From assembly GCA_013239625.1 (NCBI GenBank), contig MU054187.1:21641280-21705279 (forward strand): 64,000 bases of DNA, given 5' to 3'. This DNA is from Lama guanicoe (lineage: Eukaryota). The notes under the pieces are model-generated. The model ran no database searches and was not told the DNA's origin. It was given only the letters and a program-made list of their open reading frames with translations. This document shows positions 37,091 through 52,000 of the stretch, piece by piece; positions within the stretch are counted from its first letter, which is position 1, and each line of letters starts with the position of its first letter. Both the position numbers and the translations under genes were made by a program.

Positions 37091-40000
37091 GGACTTTTGC
37101 TCCACATCCTTTCTACCAGCCTTTGACCATCTTTTCTTCGCTGGTTCTCCTTTCTTTACTGGTCATTATTCTTTTGCTTGCTCTGTAATTGCTCGTCTTC
37201 TCGGGTTCTGTCTTCTCCCTCCTCTGTTCCTTCTCTTACCTGGACGAAAAGTGGCAGTGCAGAATCCCTGGCGGCGTGAAGCGAGGATTTGCTGCCCTTC
37301 TTTGGTTTTGCTTTTGTTTTCTTTACTCTCATTTTTACTTTTCCCTTGCAGGGCACTGTGGTACATATATTCGTATACGTTTTGCAAATACTAAACATAT
37401 CGCATGTAGTTCACTGTGTCCCTCTATCGTGCAGCCCGTATTTGTTTACAGCATACTAGGCTCTTGGTTCTGCGTTGCTAATTGGTCCATGTCTACCTTT
37501 TCACGCTCACCTTTTACGTTTTTGCAGTTACACCCTGTGATTAGCCATACCAAGCTACAGGCACTTCCACAGTAGGCTTCTCTGTGCCTTTGCACATACT
37601 GTTCCTCTGTTGCCTGCCCTCTGTGCACAGCTTGCTTATGATTAAAGCATCTTGTCCTGGATCTTGATCGAAAATTTGACAGAAAACCCTAGGAAGATGT
37701 TTTTCAAAGGAATATTCTTATTTAATAATAGCTACCATTTACTGAATGCCATCTATTTGTGCCTGTTACTTATCACTAATTCTGACAATTCTGCAAGGTA
37801 GTGATTTTACAAGTGACAAATCCGAGATCAGGATCTTTATAACTTTCCCAACTTCATATAGGTAGTGGATTAAGTTTGATTTTAAAACCGTTTCTGTCTA
37901 ATTTCACTATCTGCTTTTTCTACTACACCACATTATCTGCACAATACTGATTTCCAGAAACTTAAATGTTTCAGAAAATAAACAGCTGTCATTAAGAGCA
38001 TGTGTTAACAGCATAAGGTCTGGCACTAAATAATAACTCAGTAAATGACACAAGCTCGATAACTGGAAAATATTTCAGTCACATTTAGAGATTGCTAGTT
38101 TGAAATTTAGAAATGCTTTATCTTTTTCTGCCAGAGGTTCTTACGCACTTCAGTCTGAAGACTGCATAGAGAATGTGCTGAATGACATATTCAAATTGTT
38201 TTTGTGTTTTAATTTTGAATTTGAGATTCTTAATGCTAACTTGGAAGCAAACCCAGATTCCTTGTTTTCCCATTACTCCCTGACTGCCAGATTTCTCATT
38301 TTCCAGCTATCAGAGTTAAGAGTTCTTACAGCTTTACTGTAGCTGCTACAGAACATAGAAAAGATGCCCGTGACATTGTGTCCCCTAGTTCCAGCATCTT
38401 TGAATTATATGCACCTTTGTTTATATTCCTGGAACTCTATCTTCAGGAGAGGTTCCAGTTAAAAAAAAGCAGTAAGTGAGAGAATGAAGAAATGAGTTCC
38501 ATTTAGAGGAGATACATTCCAAATGTCAGCAAGGGAGAACAGGGACTTTCACTACAAGTAGCAATAACTAGCGGTTTATTTTGAAGTCAACTACATTCTG
38601 GGTTAAACAGATATTGCAGACAGTGAAGAAAATAAGGTTCTAAACTCCAGTGCCAGACCTGTATTTATACTGGCTCAGTTAGGTACCAACTGGTTACAAC
38701 TGTGAGGATTAAGAGATCAGAGGAAACTGAGGTTTAGAGAGGTTAATTCACTTACTCAACACAACAACAACAACAAAAAAGTGGCAGAGTACAGATTTGA
38801 ACTAGGGTATTATGATTAGAGGGACTGACTTTAGAAATACCGCCTTCACTGTGTGCTGATGACTTTGTTTGTATATAAAGCTAGAAATAACCAGTGTCAC
38901 TTGCCTCTTTTGATTGGGCTCTTATTTATTTAAATGGTCCAAAATACTGGGTAATTGTAAGAAGCACTGTACCTTATGAGACATTTCAAGGCTACTGCAA
39001 GTAGGAAGGATTTCATTATAGAATGAATAGAGCACATGTTTACTATCTACATGCTGCTTGGTTAATTTTAATTATTTGGTCATGATTTTTAAATCCACTT
39101 TTTGCTTGTTTTTGACTATATATATTTTCTTTTATAGCATATCAGAGTTATCTTTAGATTCAGCCCTTCATGCCATCAATCTCCATTGCAATAACATCTC
39201 GAAGATCAAAGCCATTGATCATATTTGGAATTTACGACATTTAGATCTGTCATCTAATCAAATAAGTCAAATTGAAGGGCTAAACACACTGACAAAACTA
39301 AGCACTTTAAATTTGTCCTGCAATTTGATCACAAGAATAGAAGGTTTGTAAGTGATTTTCCTGTAATATTTTGCATAAGGGAGATGATTTAAGTCTATTT
39401 TTCACTTTCTTCCTAAAAGAACGGGATAAATATTATAAACTTTTCAAAACTCACCCTAAAACTCATTATACAAAAAGTTTTCTTCTAGAAAAGTTACCAA
39501 CTTTTTAGAAATTATTTTGCAAAATACTAATAAAATTGATTTCACTATTATCAGACTGTAGATTCACTTCAAAGCAGTCTGAAATAGCACTGTAATACTA
39601 TATAGCTCTAATTAATTGATTATTTGACTCTTAAAAAGGCTTTATTTTATTTTATTTTGTTTTAGGACTTGAAGCACTAACTAATCTTACTAGACTGAAT
39701 TTATCTTATAACCACATAAATGATCTTAGTGGTAAGTAGATACACTTTTGTTTTCTACAGTGCTGAATGTTTGCCACATGTAATGAGTTAGACTGAGCCC
39801 TGCATGTTGAAGAACTGAATAATCCAATTTTTGACCAAAAATCTCTTCTAGAGAGTATTTTTCAGTCATAATTATTTTTTTGTTGTTGGTACCAAAGCTA
39901 CAGCTGAATAAAAAACTAGGAATAAAAATTAGAGTAATCAGTGACAGAAAAAACTTGGTTAGAAAGGATCTATTTTCAGAGAATAATGTTTTAATCTTAG

Positions 40001-43000
40001 ATAATCAGTATACTGTTACATAGAGAGGAAGGGTTCCAACAGAACTTTTTACAGTGATGAAGATACTCTGCTTTCTGGTATGGCAACTGATAAACAAACG
40101 TGGCCTTTGAGCACTTGAAATGTGGAACCAGGGAACTAAATCAAATGGATGCAATCTGTATTTATTTTATGCTCAAACCAATGAAATTGGAGTGTTGTTA
40201 GCTTATGTCTGCTAAATTTAAAAAATGATGCGTTGATTCAGAGCCTTAAAGCCATTGCTTTATTCTCATTCTCATTTAAGTGCATGAGCCTGGGGAGGTC
40301 CACTTGGGGTAAGGCCTGAAAGAGATGCCAAACCTGTGTTTCTTCAAAATAATAATTGACTTCATACTAATACCCTGTTCATTAGATGTAGCTCTTTGCA
40401 GCAAGGTCTTATTAATGCTGCTGCTTTGCCTCTAGAAATATAACCTATATAGAAGTTATTTTAAATTACTTATTAGGAAAAAAATTCTTTTCATACCGCA
40501 GCAGTAATTTTTCTATTGCAGGTTTGATGCCCCTTCATGGAATTAAACATAAACTTAGATATATTGACCTCCACAGTAATTGTATAGATAGTATCCATCA
40601 CCTGCTTCAGTGTACAGTAGGACTGCACTTCTTGACTAATCTTATTTTGGAGAAAAATGGAGAGGATAATCCTGTCTGTCATTTACCAGGTATGAACAAT
40701 TAATTTAATATGTTTTGTAACAGTTAATATTCCAAGCTACTTTTTTTCCTGCAACAGGTATTCATGACCTTCTGTAATTTGTCGTAAGTTTTGCAACTTT
40801 TTATTATGTATTTGGAAAAACATAATCACAAATACATTATTTTGTTAAGACAAACTAAATTGCTCTTAAGAGGACTAGAAGATGAACCGGTAAGTACTTC
40901 TGTTTAGACAGTTTTATATTTGATAAGTGAATGCCTCATAATTAAATTGTTTATGATATCTTCGAACAGTGTAATACTCAGCAGCCATAAAAAAAGAATA
41001 TAGAATTTCTTTAGTTACTGATAAGCAATTATCTCCAAGATATACCACTGTTAAGAGGAAAAATAGCATGCAAATTGCACTGTGTATAATTGCATTTGTG
41101 TGCAAAGGATAACATGTGTGTCTATGTTTGCTGAGTAGATATATAAAATATCTAGAAAGATACACAAAAGACTGATAGTAATGGCTAGCTCCAGTTTTGG
41201 GTAGGTAGGGGTCAGGAAATGTAAAAAGGGTAGGTGGGAATCAGGAAACGTTAGGAAAGCTTTTTACTATGTACCTTTTGAATTTTATACCATGTGAATG
41301 TGTTATATTACTAATAAAGAAATTACTTTTTAAAAGAACCTAAATTTAATGTGATATATAGGAGTTGCTGCTGAAATGCCATTTGATCTTATTTAGAATT
41401 ACTGAGGCTGACAAAGCAGACAAGACTGCCATTTCTAGAACTCATCCCAAATTGTATAACCAAACAATATAATGCAAACGTAGAATATGAATATACATTT
41501 TAAAGATCTGTTTGGGTAGAAGTTGGCTACAGAAGCTCCATTCTGTCACAAATATGCAGCCATGAGAAGGCTTCTCTCAGAATGGAAACCTGTTTGATAA
41601 TTTTATTTCGCAGAAGAATATAATAGATTTGAGATCAACTGCTTTTCTAAGCTCATGTAATGATAGAGTCTCCCTGAAAAATCAGGGCAGATTTCCATTT
41701 TCTGGGGAAACCCTTCTCTTGGAAGAAAACCTAATTCCTAAAACATCATTATTCTACGTTACTACCCTACAAGTTGGATTTTTTTCTGAAAATCTTGTCT
41801 CGAGAACCTCTCATTCCAATATTTTGAAACTTTGTTTTTCACTTTCTTTCCTAGATAAGGTATTTCTCTGAACACAGTTGCCCTCCCCCCAGAATTGGAG
41901 TACTTATTACTGAAATGACTTTTCTTCCCTCAAAATTTCTAATATTAGTTTTCCAGACTACTTTCTTTCTCTTGGCATTCTTCTAACCACTTTTATTTTA
42001 CTTTGTTTTAAAATTACAGTTAAGCAAAATTAAAGTGTTTCTGTTAGCCTTTAACACCAAATTAATGTTAATTTGCCAGATTTCTCGTATTTTATTGTAC
42101 TTACAGAAAATAACGTATTCGTAAGTACTTAATAAATTGCCCATTTTAATCTTAGTTATATGTAATTTAAGAGAAGAAAGTGGAGATGTTTAAGTTTGTT
42201 CATGCTTATGGCCTCACTAGCAAAATTCTGGCTCTCTAATTATTTCTCTCTTCATTCTGATTTATATTTGTAGTAATCATATTACAAATAAACAAGAAAA
42301 GTTTGGCTTCCTGTCTAGAATAAATTGCTGCTGCTCTCATGCACTTAAAGCCTTAAAGCAGTTTTATGAAAGATAAATCCAGAGATGAAGATTTTAACTT
42401 TCTGACCTTCCTTCATCAGGAGGGGTTTTTGTGAGGTGTTGGGGGGCAATGTTTTGTTTGTTTTGTATGTAATGATTGTGTGCTGGGGAAGAACTAAGTC
42501 GTTTTTTATTACAAAATTATTAGTTATATTCCAGGACTAATTTTATCATTCAGGTCATGTATCTGGTAGTGATAAATTTATTCCAGAAACAATTAACCTT
42601 TTTTTTTTAATGCTTGAGTTTTCATTTGAATGATTTGTTCCCAAGGGTACAGAGCAATTATGCTCCAGACTTTGCCACAACTTAGAATCCTAGATTGCAA
42701 AAACATATTCGGTGAACCAGTTGATATGGCAGAAATAAATTCATCACGTCTGCAGTGTTTCGAAGGCCTTTTGGATAATTTAGCTTCATCTGATTCTCCC
42801 TTAAATATAAGTGAAGATGAGGTATAGTGCTTTTTTTTTCCCCTAATGTTAAATATATCTTCAAATTGTAATAAGTAAGTAAATGTAAATTTGAAAGGTT
42901 TTGGTTTGTTTCTGTGTCATAGATCATTGACGGTATGCCAGTGGTAACCCCACCCATCGATGAGATAGCTCCCTTGGATCAGTTTGCAAGCACAGCAACA

Positions 43001-46000
43001 GATACTGGTTTGACGTCCTTGATATCTGTGTGCCCATCTTCTGAGCCAGAGAAAGTTAATCATGAGAATGATTTTCAGAATGAGATGAAACTTCAGAAAT
43101 TAGATGATCAACTTCTACAGCTTCTCAGTGAAGTAAATATTTTTCCTATTTTTTGAAGCAATGTGTTTGTTGAAGAGGAAATAGTTAAGAAAATGTAAAA
43201 TAAAAATCAGATACAAGCTAACCAACCAGAAACAATCTATGTTTAATGGATTGGTGTGTGTGTGTTATTTTTTGTTTTCCTTTACAGAAATAGGATTCTG
43301 TCATAGTAGTAGTGATAGAAAAAGGTAACATACCTTTTTCACTCATTTTCCTCAGTGTCCTCCCTCAAATCTTCACTATGTAGTTCCTTTTTGGTTCTGC
43401 TATATTTCACATTATTTCCATCCACCCAACTTTTATTTCAAGTAAGCCGAGAACTCTTTGGACTCGGTGCTTTTTAACATACAGAGTGTGTGAGCTACTT
43501 CTGGCCTCTTCCTTTTTTCAGTTGTTTTATAGTCAAAACTACTTCTAGAACTTAGAGCTAAATGGAGAGTTATTTTACATAATTCCTGCTTCAGTTACTG
43601 TCTGCAGCAGACCCTCGCCAGATTAATCTGTGCTTTCCTGACTAGTGATCCTTTTTTTACCCCTGCTACTGGTTCTCTGGTTTTTAGAGTCTTCTTTGAA
43701 CTATGCGGATGATCTCTAATTCCTACAATTTACTGCTGTTTGAATCTCCAACCTTCTCTCTGGCATTCTTGTTCTGATCTGTAGTGACCGTTTTTTTTTT
43801 TTTTTTGAACACCATACCTCCCAGTATACACGAATTTTTTTCTTCATCCCCTGCTTGGATATAGGGGAGAAAGATTACAGTGTAGGCCCAAGGGGCTGTT
43901 AGTCAAAAGTGATCCTGGGTTCAATCCACAGTATCTCCATTAAAAAGAAGAAAAAAGTAAGTTTGACCCAGAAATTTGTAATTGAATTTTAATATTAAAA
44001 TTTTTTTCTCCAAATGGGGATGGATAGTGGAAAATGCTTATGGAATGATTATGGTTCAGTGGGTTTTTAACCATGCTGAACTAATACCATAGCTGTAACA
44101 CTAACAGCACTTGATAAACGAGGTCTGCCTTAGGCGAGAGAGTGAAGAAGACAATAAGGGTTCCATGTGCCAGAAATCCCTGGAGACTTCAGCTTGGACC
44201 ACAGAGGTGGACAGTGGAACTGGGACAAGGATGCTGGCATTTACATCCTTTGACATCACTGGTAGCATATTACTGAGCTGTTACTGCTCATCTCCTCAGG
44301 CTTTATCTTCCATCTTTTTCTAAAGGCTGACTCTTCTCCCAGTGTCAGAACTTAGATTTAAGCTTAGCTTAAATTTGCAGTGAACTTTGCAGCTTCTCTT
44401 GTGCCATCATTTCATTCTCGTAACAACACAAATCAGGTAGATAGGGATTAATATATCATTGTTCTTATTATATAGAAAAGAAACTCAGAAGTTTATCTGG
44501 CAGTCCTTGATTGTAGTGAGGCAGAGCTGAACTTCAAACCCTAACCTGTTATCCAGTCTGGTATTCTTTCCACTGTCATGCTTCTTACTTAGCGACAATT
44601 CTTCCTACTTTATAACCAAGAATAGGAGTCTAGCTGTCTAGGAGGGAAAAGATGACTTATTGCTATACATGTAAAAATGTTCAGAAGGACTTCTTGTTTG
44701 CTAACTTATTGGTGTAAAGGGTAAACATGCAATTTGAATTTCAGTTGATAAATACACCTAAATTATAAGTGAAATTGTAAAGTTACTGAAAATGTGCTAC
44801 AGTATAATGACAGTTATTCCTCTTAACTCTTGGACTTAATAATTATTTATACTGATTTTTGAGAATCCTCTCTGTGAAGCTGTTTTGTCTAAGTTTTCTT
44901 TTTTTCTACCATTTTATTATGAACTTTTAAAACCTTACAGCAAATTTAAAAAAATTTCTTAGTAAATACCAGTATACCCACCAACTAGATTCTACCATCA
45001 GAATTTTACACTTATTTCATATGTCTATCCATGTATTAATTTATCAAACTATCTTATTTTATGGCACATTTCAAAGTAGATTACACATATCAATATACTT
45101 CCCCCTAAATACTTAGCCCTGTGCATCATTAACTATAGAGTTCAGTAATTGTTTAAGTTTTGTTTTGTTTCGTTTGCAAGAAACTTTCTGAGCTTTCCCA
45201 AAGTGGTTGTTCAATTTTATTTTCACCAACAATTCATGACTGTTCAGTTGTTCCACATCCTCGCCAGTGTTTGGTGTCAGCATTGATTTTATTTAGCCAT
45301 TCTAGTGGGTGTATACTGGTATTCATTGTGATTTTAATTTGCATTTCACTAATGATCAGTGACTTCTTCACGTGCTTATTGAATATTCAAGTATCTTTTG
45401 TGAAGTATACTGAGGCTTGTGTCATAGCCCAGCCTAGCGTCTGCCTTGGTGGATGTTCTTTGTGCACTTGAACAGAACGTGTATTCTGCAGTTGTTCAGC
45501 CAGGATGGTTGATAATATTTTCAAATGATTCATGTCTTTACTGATTTTTTTGGTCTGATTCTATCAGTTGCATGTGAGGTGTTAAGTTCTCCAACTATGA
45601 TTGCAGATTTGTCTATCTCCCCCTTTAATTCTCTCAATATTTGCTTTTTATATTTTAAAGCTCTGTTACTAAGTGCATTCACATTTATGACTGCTTCGTC
45701 TTGCTTTTCAACTGACCCTTTTATTATGAACTGTTTATCTTTGTCTCTGGGAATATTATCTTCAAGTCAATTTTATCTAATAGTAATATTGCCATTCCAA
45801 CCTTCTTATGCTTATAATTTGCATGATAAATCTTTTTCCATCAACCTGCCTATTTTAATAACAGCTTTTATTGAGCTATAACTCACTTACCATACAATTC
45901 AGTGGTTTGTACCCATTAGCAGTCATTAACATTTCCCACCAGCCCTAGACAAGGACTGATCAGTTTTCTTTTTCTATGGATTTGCCTGTTTTAGAAATTT

Positions 46001-49000
46001 CATTATAAGTAAAATCATACACTATGTTGCCTTTTGTGACTAGCTTCATTCAATTAGTGTAATTTCAAGTTTCATCCGTTTTGCAGTATGGATTAGCACT
46101 TTATTTCTTTTTATTGTCAAATAATACCCTGCTATATGAATACACCATGTTTCATTTATCCATTCATAATTTGATGGACATTTGTGCTGCTTCTACTTTT
46201 TGACTATTATGAATGATGCTTCTGAGAACATTCATGAATAAGCGTTTATGTGGATATGTTTTCCTTTCCGTTGGCTGTATGCCTGGTAGTGGAGTTGCTA
46301 GGTCACGTGTTTAACTTTCTGAAGAACCAGACTGTTTCCAAAGCAGCCGTGCCATTTCACATTTCCACCAGTAGTGAATGAGAGTCCATTTTTCCACATC
46401 CTCACTGACTTGTTACTATATGTTGTTTTGATTATAGCCATCCTGCTGGGTACGAAGTAGAAGCTCATTGTGGCATAGGCTTTTAACTTGTCTATGTCTT
46501 TATATTTAAAGTGAGTCATATGTGGGTGGGTCTTGTTTTTTAACTCAGTCTGGCCATCACTCCTTTTAAAGAATCCATAACCCATTAAAATTTCCTATAA
46601 TCATTGATAAAGCTGGATTTAGGTATACCACTTTATTGTTTGTTTCATGTGTGTGCTTTTTGTTTTTTCTGTTTTTTTTTTTTAACCTTTGGTTGAAGTT
46701 TGTTTGTTTTTTTAACAATTCAATTTTAATTTATATATTGACTCCTTGGTCATACTTCTGGATACTTCTGGGGTTTGGGGTTTTGGTGGTTGCTATAAAA
46801 TAGACTATTCAAAGTATACTTGCTAATACTATCTCGTGCCTTATAAACTGTAGAGCTCTTGAGTCTATTATGTTTTGTTTTAGTTGTCATTGTGTAGTTC
46901 ATTTGGATGCATTATAAACTCCATAAGACAATATTTTAATTTTTGCTTTAAAGAAATTAAGATTTTAAAATGTTTAGAAGTCACTTACTACTTACCTATG
47001 TATAAATCAGGTATGATACTCTGTTTCTTCCTGAGGAGTCTGGTTTCTGTATGATATTCTTTTCCTTCAGCCAGGACATCCAGCCTGAACTTCCCTTAGC
47101 AAATCTTGTAGTAGACATCTGAAACAACAAACTGTCTTCATTTTGCCTTCTTGAAGGATTAGTGAAGGACACTTTTGCTGGACATAGAATTCTGGATTGA
47201 CCATTTTTTTTCTTTCAGTGCTTTCTCCTGGCCTCCATAGCTTTCAGTGTAAAGTTAGCATTAATTAAATCCTTGATTTCTTGTATGTATGTGTCATTTT
47301 TCTTTGGCCGCTTTCAAGAATGTGTCTTTACTTTTGGTTTTCAGCAATTTGGCTACATTGTGCTTAAGGATGATTTCTCTAAACATTTTAAATCTGTAAA
47401 TTTATGTCTTTACTCAGTTTGAGAATTTTTGGACATCACTGCTTCAAATATTTTTCTGTCCCGTTCTGTCTTTCCTCTTCTCAAATTCCTTTTAGACCTT
47501 TGGTAGTCCCACAGTTCCCTGAGGCTCTGTATGTTTTATTGACTCTTTTTCTCTGTATTCTTCATATTGAATAGTTCCACTAAACTATCTTCAAGTTTAC
47601 ATATTCTTCTGTCACCTCATTCTATGTTAAGTCAGAACTGCGACCAGTCAATTTTTATTTCAGATGTATCTTTCAGTTGTAAAATTTCCATTTTTAAAAT
47701 AATTGTTAGCTCTCTGCTAAATTTCTTCTCTTCATTCATGTTAAGCATATACTTTATATCATTGAGCACAGTTGTAGTTGTGGTCACTCTTGTAAAGTTC
47801 TTGTCTGCTTATTTAAACATTTGGGTCCTCTAAGGTAAGGTCTCCATTGATTGCCTTTCTGTTGAGACTAGGTCATATTTTCCTGGCTCTTCTACGGTAA
47901 GTAAATTTGGATTTTGTCCTGGACATTGTGAGTATTATTTGTGGAGACTCTGGATATTGGTATAGGCCTCCAAAGAGTGTTAATATTTTTTGTCGTAGCA
48001 AGCATTTAACTTGATTTGACTTGAACTATACATTTATCTCTCAGGCAGCAGTTAATCGCTTTTCTGTGTTACTGGGCTTCTTGCGGTCAACTCCAGCCCA
48101 GCTCCAACTCTGACTCTTCAGACCCAGAAGTCTATGGTTTTTCCACCTGAGTTTTAAGACTTCCTGCACAGTGCTGATTTTGATATGTTCTTAGACTAAA
48201 AGCCATAAAGCAGAAATAACCCTTTCTGGTCATTTTTCCAAGTGTCAGCTCCCCTCTAAACTATGCCTGCTTTTGTTTGCTTTCCAGGACCTACACGTAG
48301 TTTTTGTTGTTTTTTTGTTTGTATTTTTCCCCTAGTTTGTAATTATTATCTTGAGAGAGTTGACCTCGTAGGAGCTTGTCCAGACCAGAAACTGAATCCC
48401 CTGTCTTTAATTCCAAGCATACTTAGTTTATAAATCCTTAATCTTGTAAAAAGTTGTAACATTTTAGAAAATGTTAGATTATGTCCTTTTATACTGAATT
48501 AGACTTTTAGCAAACTTTGTTGTTTTTTTTTCCTAGACTTCTAATTCTTTAATAGATAATGTTCCTGAGAAAGATCTCAGACCAAAAAGGGATACAGATA
48601 TGACTTCTGAAAGTGACTATGGAATCAGAAAAGAATGCAGTAGAAAAATTCCTCGAAGATCAAAAATCCCATATTACTCCAAAACTATTCAGACCATTAA
48701 ACACCACAGTAAAAACAACAACCCTTTTATAAGGTACTTCTTTTAGTTCTAGAAATTCAAGAAAGAAGTTAATACTGCTGGCGTCTTCCTTAAAACTCTC
48801 TAATGATGGTTTTTGTTTTTACTTTTCTAAGCTCAAATATTTGACTTTTCAGCCTTGTCAGTTCATATTTGGTCAGAAGTTTCATATAAATTTATATAAA
48901 AGGACCTCTTTCTTTGTGATAGACTGGCATCACCTATGTTGTGAAAAATAGCAAAAGTATTATACATTTCTTTGGGTTATTTCCTATGTTTTTTTTCTTT

Positions 49001-52000
49001 GCAGTTGTAATCGTAAAATGAAACAACCTTTCTTTAAAGAATTATATGTAAGATCATCTTTAGTGAACAGTAATGTGTTAGAAGAATCAGAAGAGCAGAA
49101 GACTGAAATGATTAAAGTAAACAGTGGTAGCACAGAAGATACCACTTACCGGGTATGATTTAAGAGATTAAGAAAAACTGAATGTGAATAATGTTGGTTT
49201 CAAATACAGAATTAGTCCCAGAAAAATAATACATGTTTTTATTAACAGAAACCCTGTTGTGTAATTTTATTAGAGTGATGAGATTAGGTTATGTTTCCCT
49301 TCTTGATTTCAAGATTTTGTGTCACTATTTTTGTAATTTATAACGGAATAGAAATCACATATTTATTTCAGATTCCAGTGAAATTTTATGCTTGTTACAT
49401 GCTTATAGAGGAGAAAACAGATCTAAATTTTCAAATTCTTCTTAAAGCAGTGAGTCCTAACTTTTGAGTCTCTGACTCTTTCAGATATCTATGGAAATCT
49501 ATGGGTCTTCTCAGAGAAAATTCTTAGAGAAACTCATAAAATGTGTGTAATTTCGGAGTTTTTATGAACTCTCCTGAAATACAATTTTGGACCCACGGGT
49601 TCTAGATTAAAAGCCATTCACAAATTTTAAATTTTTTCAGTATTTGCCCTAATCATTCTCATGTTATTAACAATTTTTAGTACACTGATTTTTTTTAATT
49701 AACTTGCGTTTATTTTACTTGTGAGCTACTGGTAATACTTTTGATTTGTAGTGTGTACTATTCTCCCAGTAATATAATTACTTTTAAAATATTTAATGCC
49801 TTTTCTACTATTGGTTTTTCTCCCCTTATTTTTAAGTATAAAGGCTTTCATACTTTAAAAAAACAATAATAATTATATTATGACAATAATAACAGCAGCT
49901 GGCATTTATTGAGTGGTTATTATGTGCCAGGCACTGTTCTGTTCTGTACTGCTCTGTATGCTTTACTTCCATTAATTTGTTTAATTCTCACCACAGCCCT
50001 TTGAATTAGATACTATTATTCCCATATTACAAATGAGAAAATTGAGGCAATGAGAGGTTAGGTAACTTCTCGAAGTTCACATGACCGTATTGTTTTCTTT
50101 TAGGCACTTGTTGAGCAACTAGACGAAGAGAGAGAGAAGAGGTGGAAAGCTGAACAAGCTGAAAAGAAACTTATGGATTATATCGATGACCTACATCAAC
50201 ATGCAAATGAAAAAAAAGATATTCACAGCCTGGCTCTTCTGACTGCAGATAGGTAAGAGGGCAGGTCTGTAAACCTGAAGATAGGAATGCTGAGCTTGGA
50301 GCTGAAATACCTTAGTTTAAACTAGCTGTAGAATGATCGAAAAGAACACATGTGGCTTTAGTTTGAACTGAACTAATTTTATTTAAAGATTTAGTACTTT
50401 ATTAGCTTTTGCATAAACGAAGAATTCAAGGTATTAATTTGAGCCCTCAAACTGGGAGGTGTCAGGTCAGGTTGAATATTAGGTGTTACAAGTGAAGAAC
50501 GACAAGGGTCTCGAGCAGGGGTTGGCACACTTTCTGTAAAGGACAGGGGTTGGCACACTTTTTTTTAGACTTTCTGGGTCGTATTCAGTTTCTGTGTCGC
50601 ATGTTCTCAACAATGAGCTTCAGTACGAGATACCCCGAGGTTCTTAATTCTAATGTTTTTATTCCATCTTACTCCATTTTCCATTTTATCTCTTTTTCTG
50701 TATCATGTTATCTAATACAGGAATGTCTTATTCCAATATATTAGAGTACCAACCGGTTTTCTGAAATTATTCTTCTTCTGTTTCCTGTAGGTAATTATAT
50801 CTGAAGTTATGCTTTTCCTGAAAAGGTTATAAGATTTTTTTGTAGAGCTCCTTTTGATTTTTATCTCTTCTTATCCTTGCATGAGTGCTAGGTTTCTAGA
50901 CTTGGTATTTGCCAACAAATCGGGTTGGGGCATTGCTCTTGGTTCCGTTTCTTACGTGCTTATACAGTGGATAATTCCCTTTCTACAACTTTCGTTAAGT
51001 AGTAAGTTGATGTACAGGGCTCCCAGCCCAGGTCCCGGTTCTTTAGGCACTTGGTTCTTTAGGTTTTGTGGTACTTTCTACCCCCACTGTCTGATTCTTT
51101 CATTCTCTGTACCTGTGGAGTATAAGGGAAGTTACAATACCCAACTTGTGTTCTATGAAAACCTCCGTAATTATTCAGGGCATGATACATTATTTTGTTA
51201 CTAGTCAATCCACCACCACCCATCAATGTTTTGCCTTATTTGTTTTGAGAGTTGCTCTGATACAAGAAGATGCTGGGCACAGGTAAAGGAACAGAATGAA
51301 TCAATTAATAGTCCTCTGACTACCTCACAATAAACAGCACTCTTGTGTGCAGTGGGTACACAGGTAGCCAACATAGTTTAATGATAGACTTACAGAGGTT
51401 GTGTAACTGAGTCATGAACAGACGGTGGAAGTGAGAGGATGTATCTTCCCTTTTTTGGGGGGGAGGGGGTTGATTTTTATCCAGAAAGGTGCTGGGCAAA
51501 GCCTGAGAGTTCTAAGAGCTGATTTTATTTTAATTTAATTCCACTTGCCTTATTATTGAAATTCCTCCCAGATTTTGGCATTATGTTTTCTCTTCTTTAG
51601 AGTTGTATGCATATGAATTTTTGCTGTATTCTGTTTTATAGGTGTTATCTAGTGGAATATTAGAGGAAGCTGTCGGGGGCTCCTAGCCAGATTCCATTTA
51701 AATTGGAAGGCCGTGGGCACGCTTCATCTGTATCCTTCCTTCCCCTCTCTGTTGTTGTGCCATGTTGTCCATGTAACGTATTCATTGTTCTCTTGAAAAT
51801 TCAGCTTCTATCTTTTCTGATTTTATTTTCATCTATATATGTGTTTGGGATTAGATCCTCACCAGTCTTCATATTCCGTCATGTGACTTTGTAGGGACTC
51901 TGTTCCTCGTACTTAATGCAGGGTCTGGCATCTGGGTACCACTCTGTGAGTATATATTATCTCAAAAAGTGAATCTTCTCTACTGTACTCTTAATACCTA

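Noticed and set aside
36548..37628. Many overlapping ORFs on both strands
   Set aside because: By-product of CpG-island composition; low-complexity peptides with no recognisable family.
50516..50565. Direct repeat CAGGGGTTGGCACACTTT separated by a short spacer
   Set aside because: Local duplication of a MER58-like terminus; two copies in mammalian DNA, not a CRISPR-like array.
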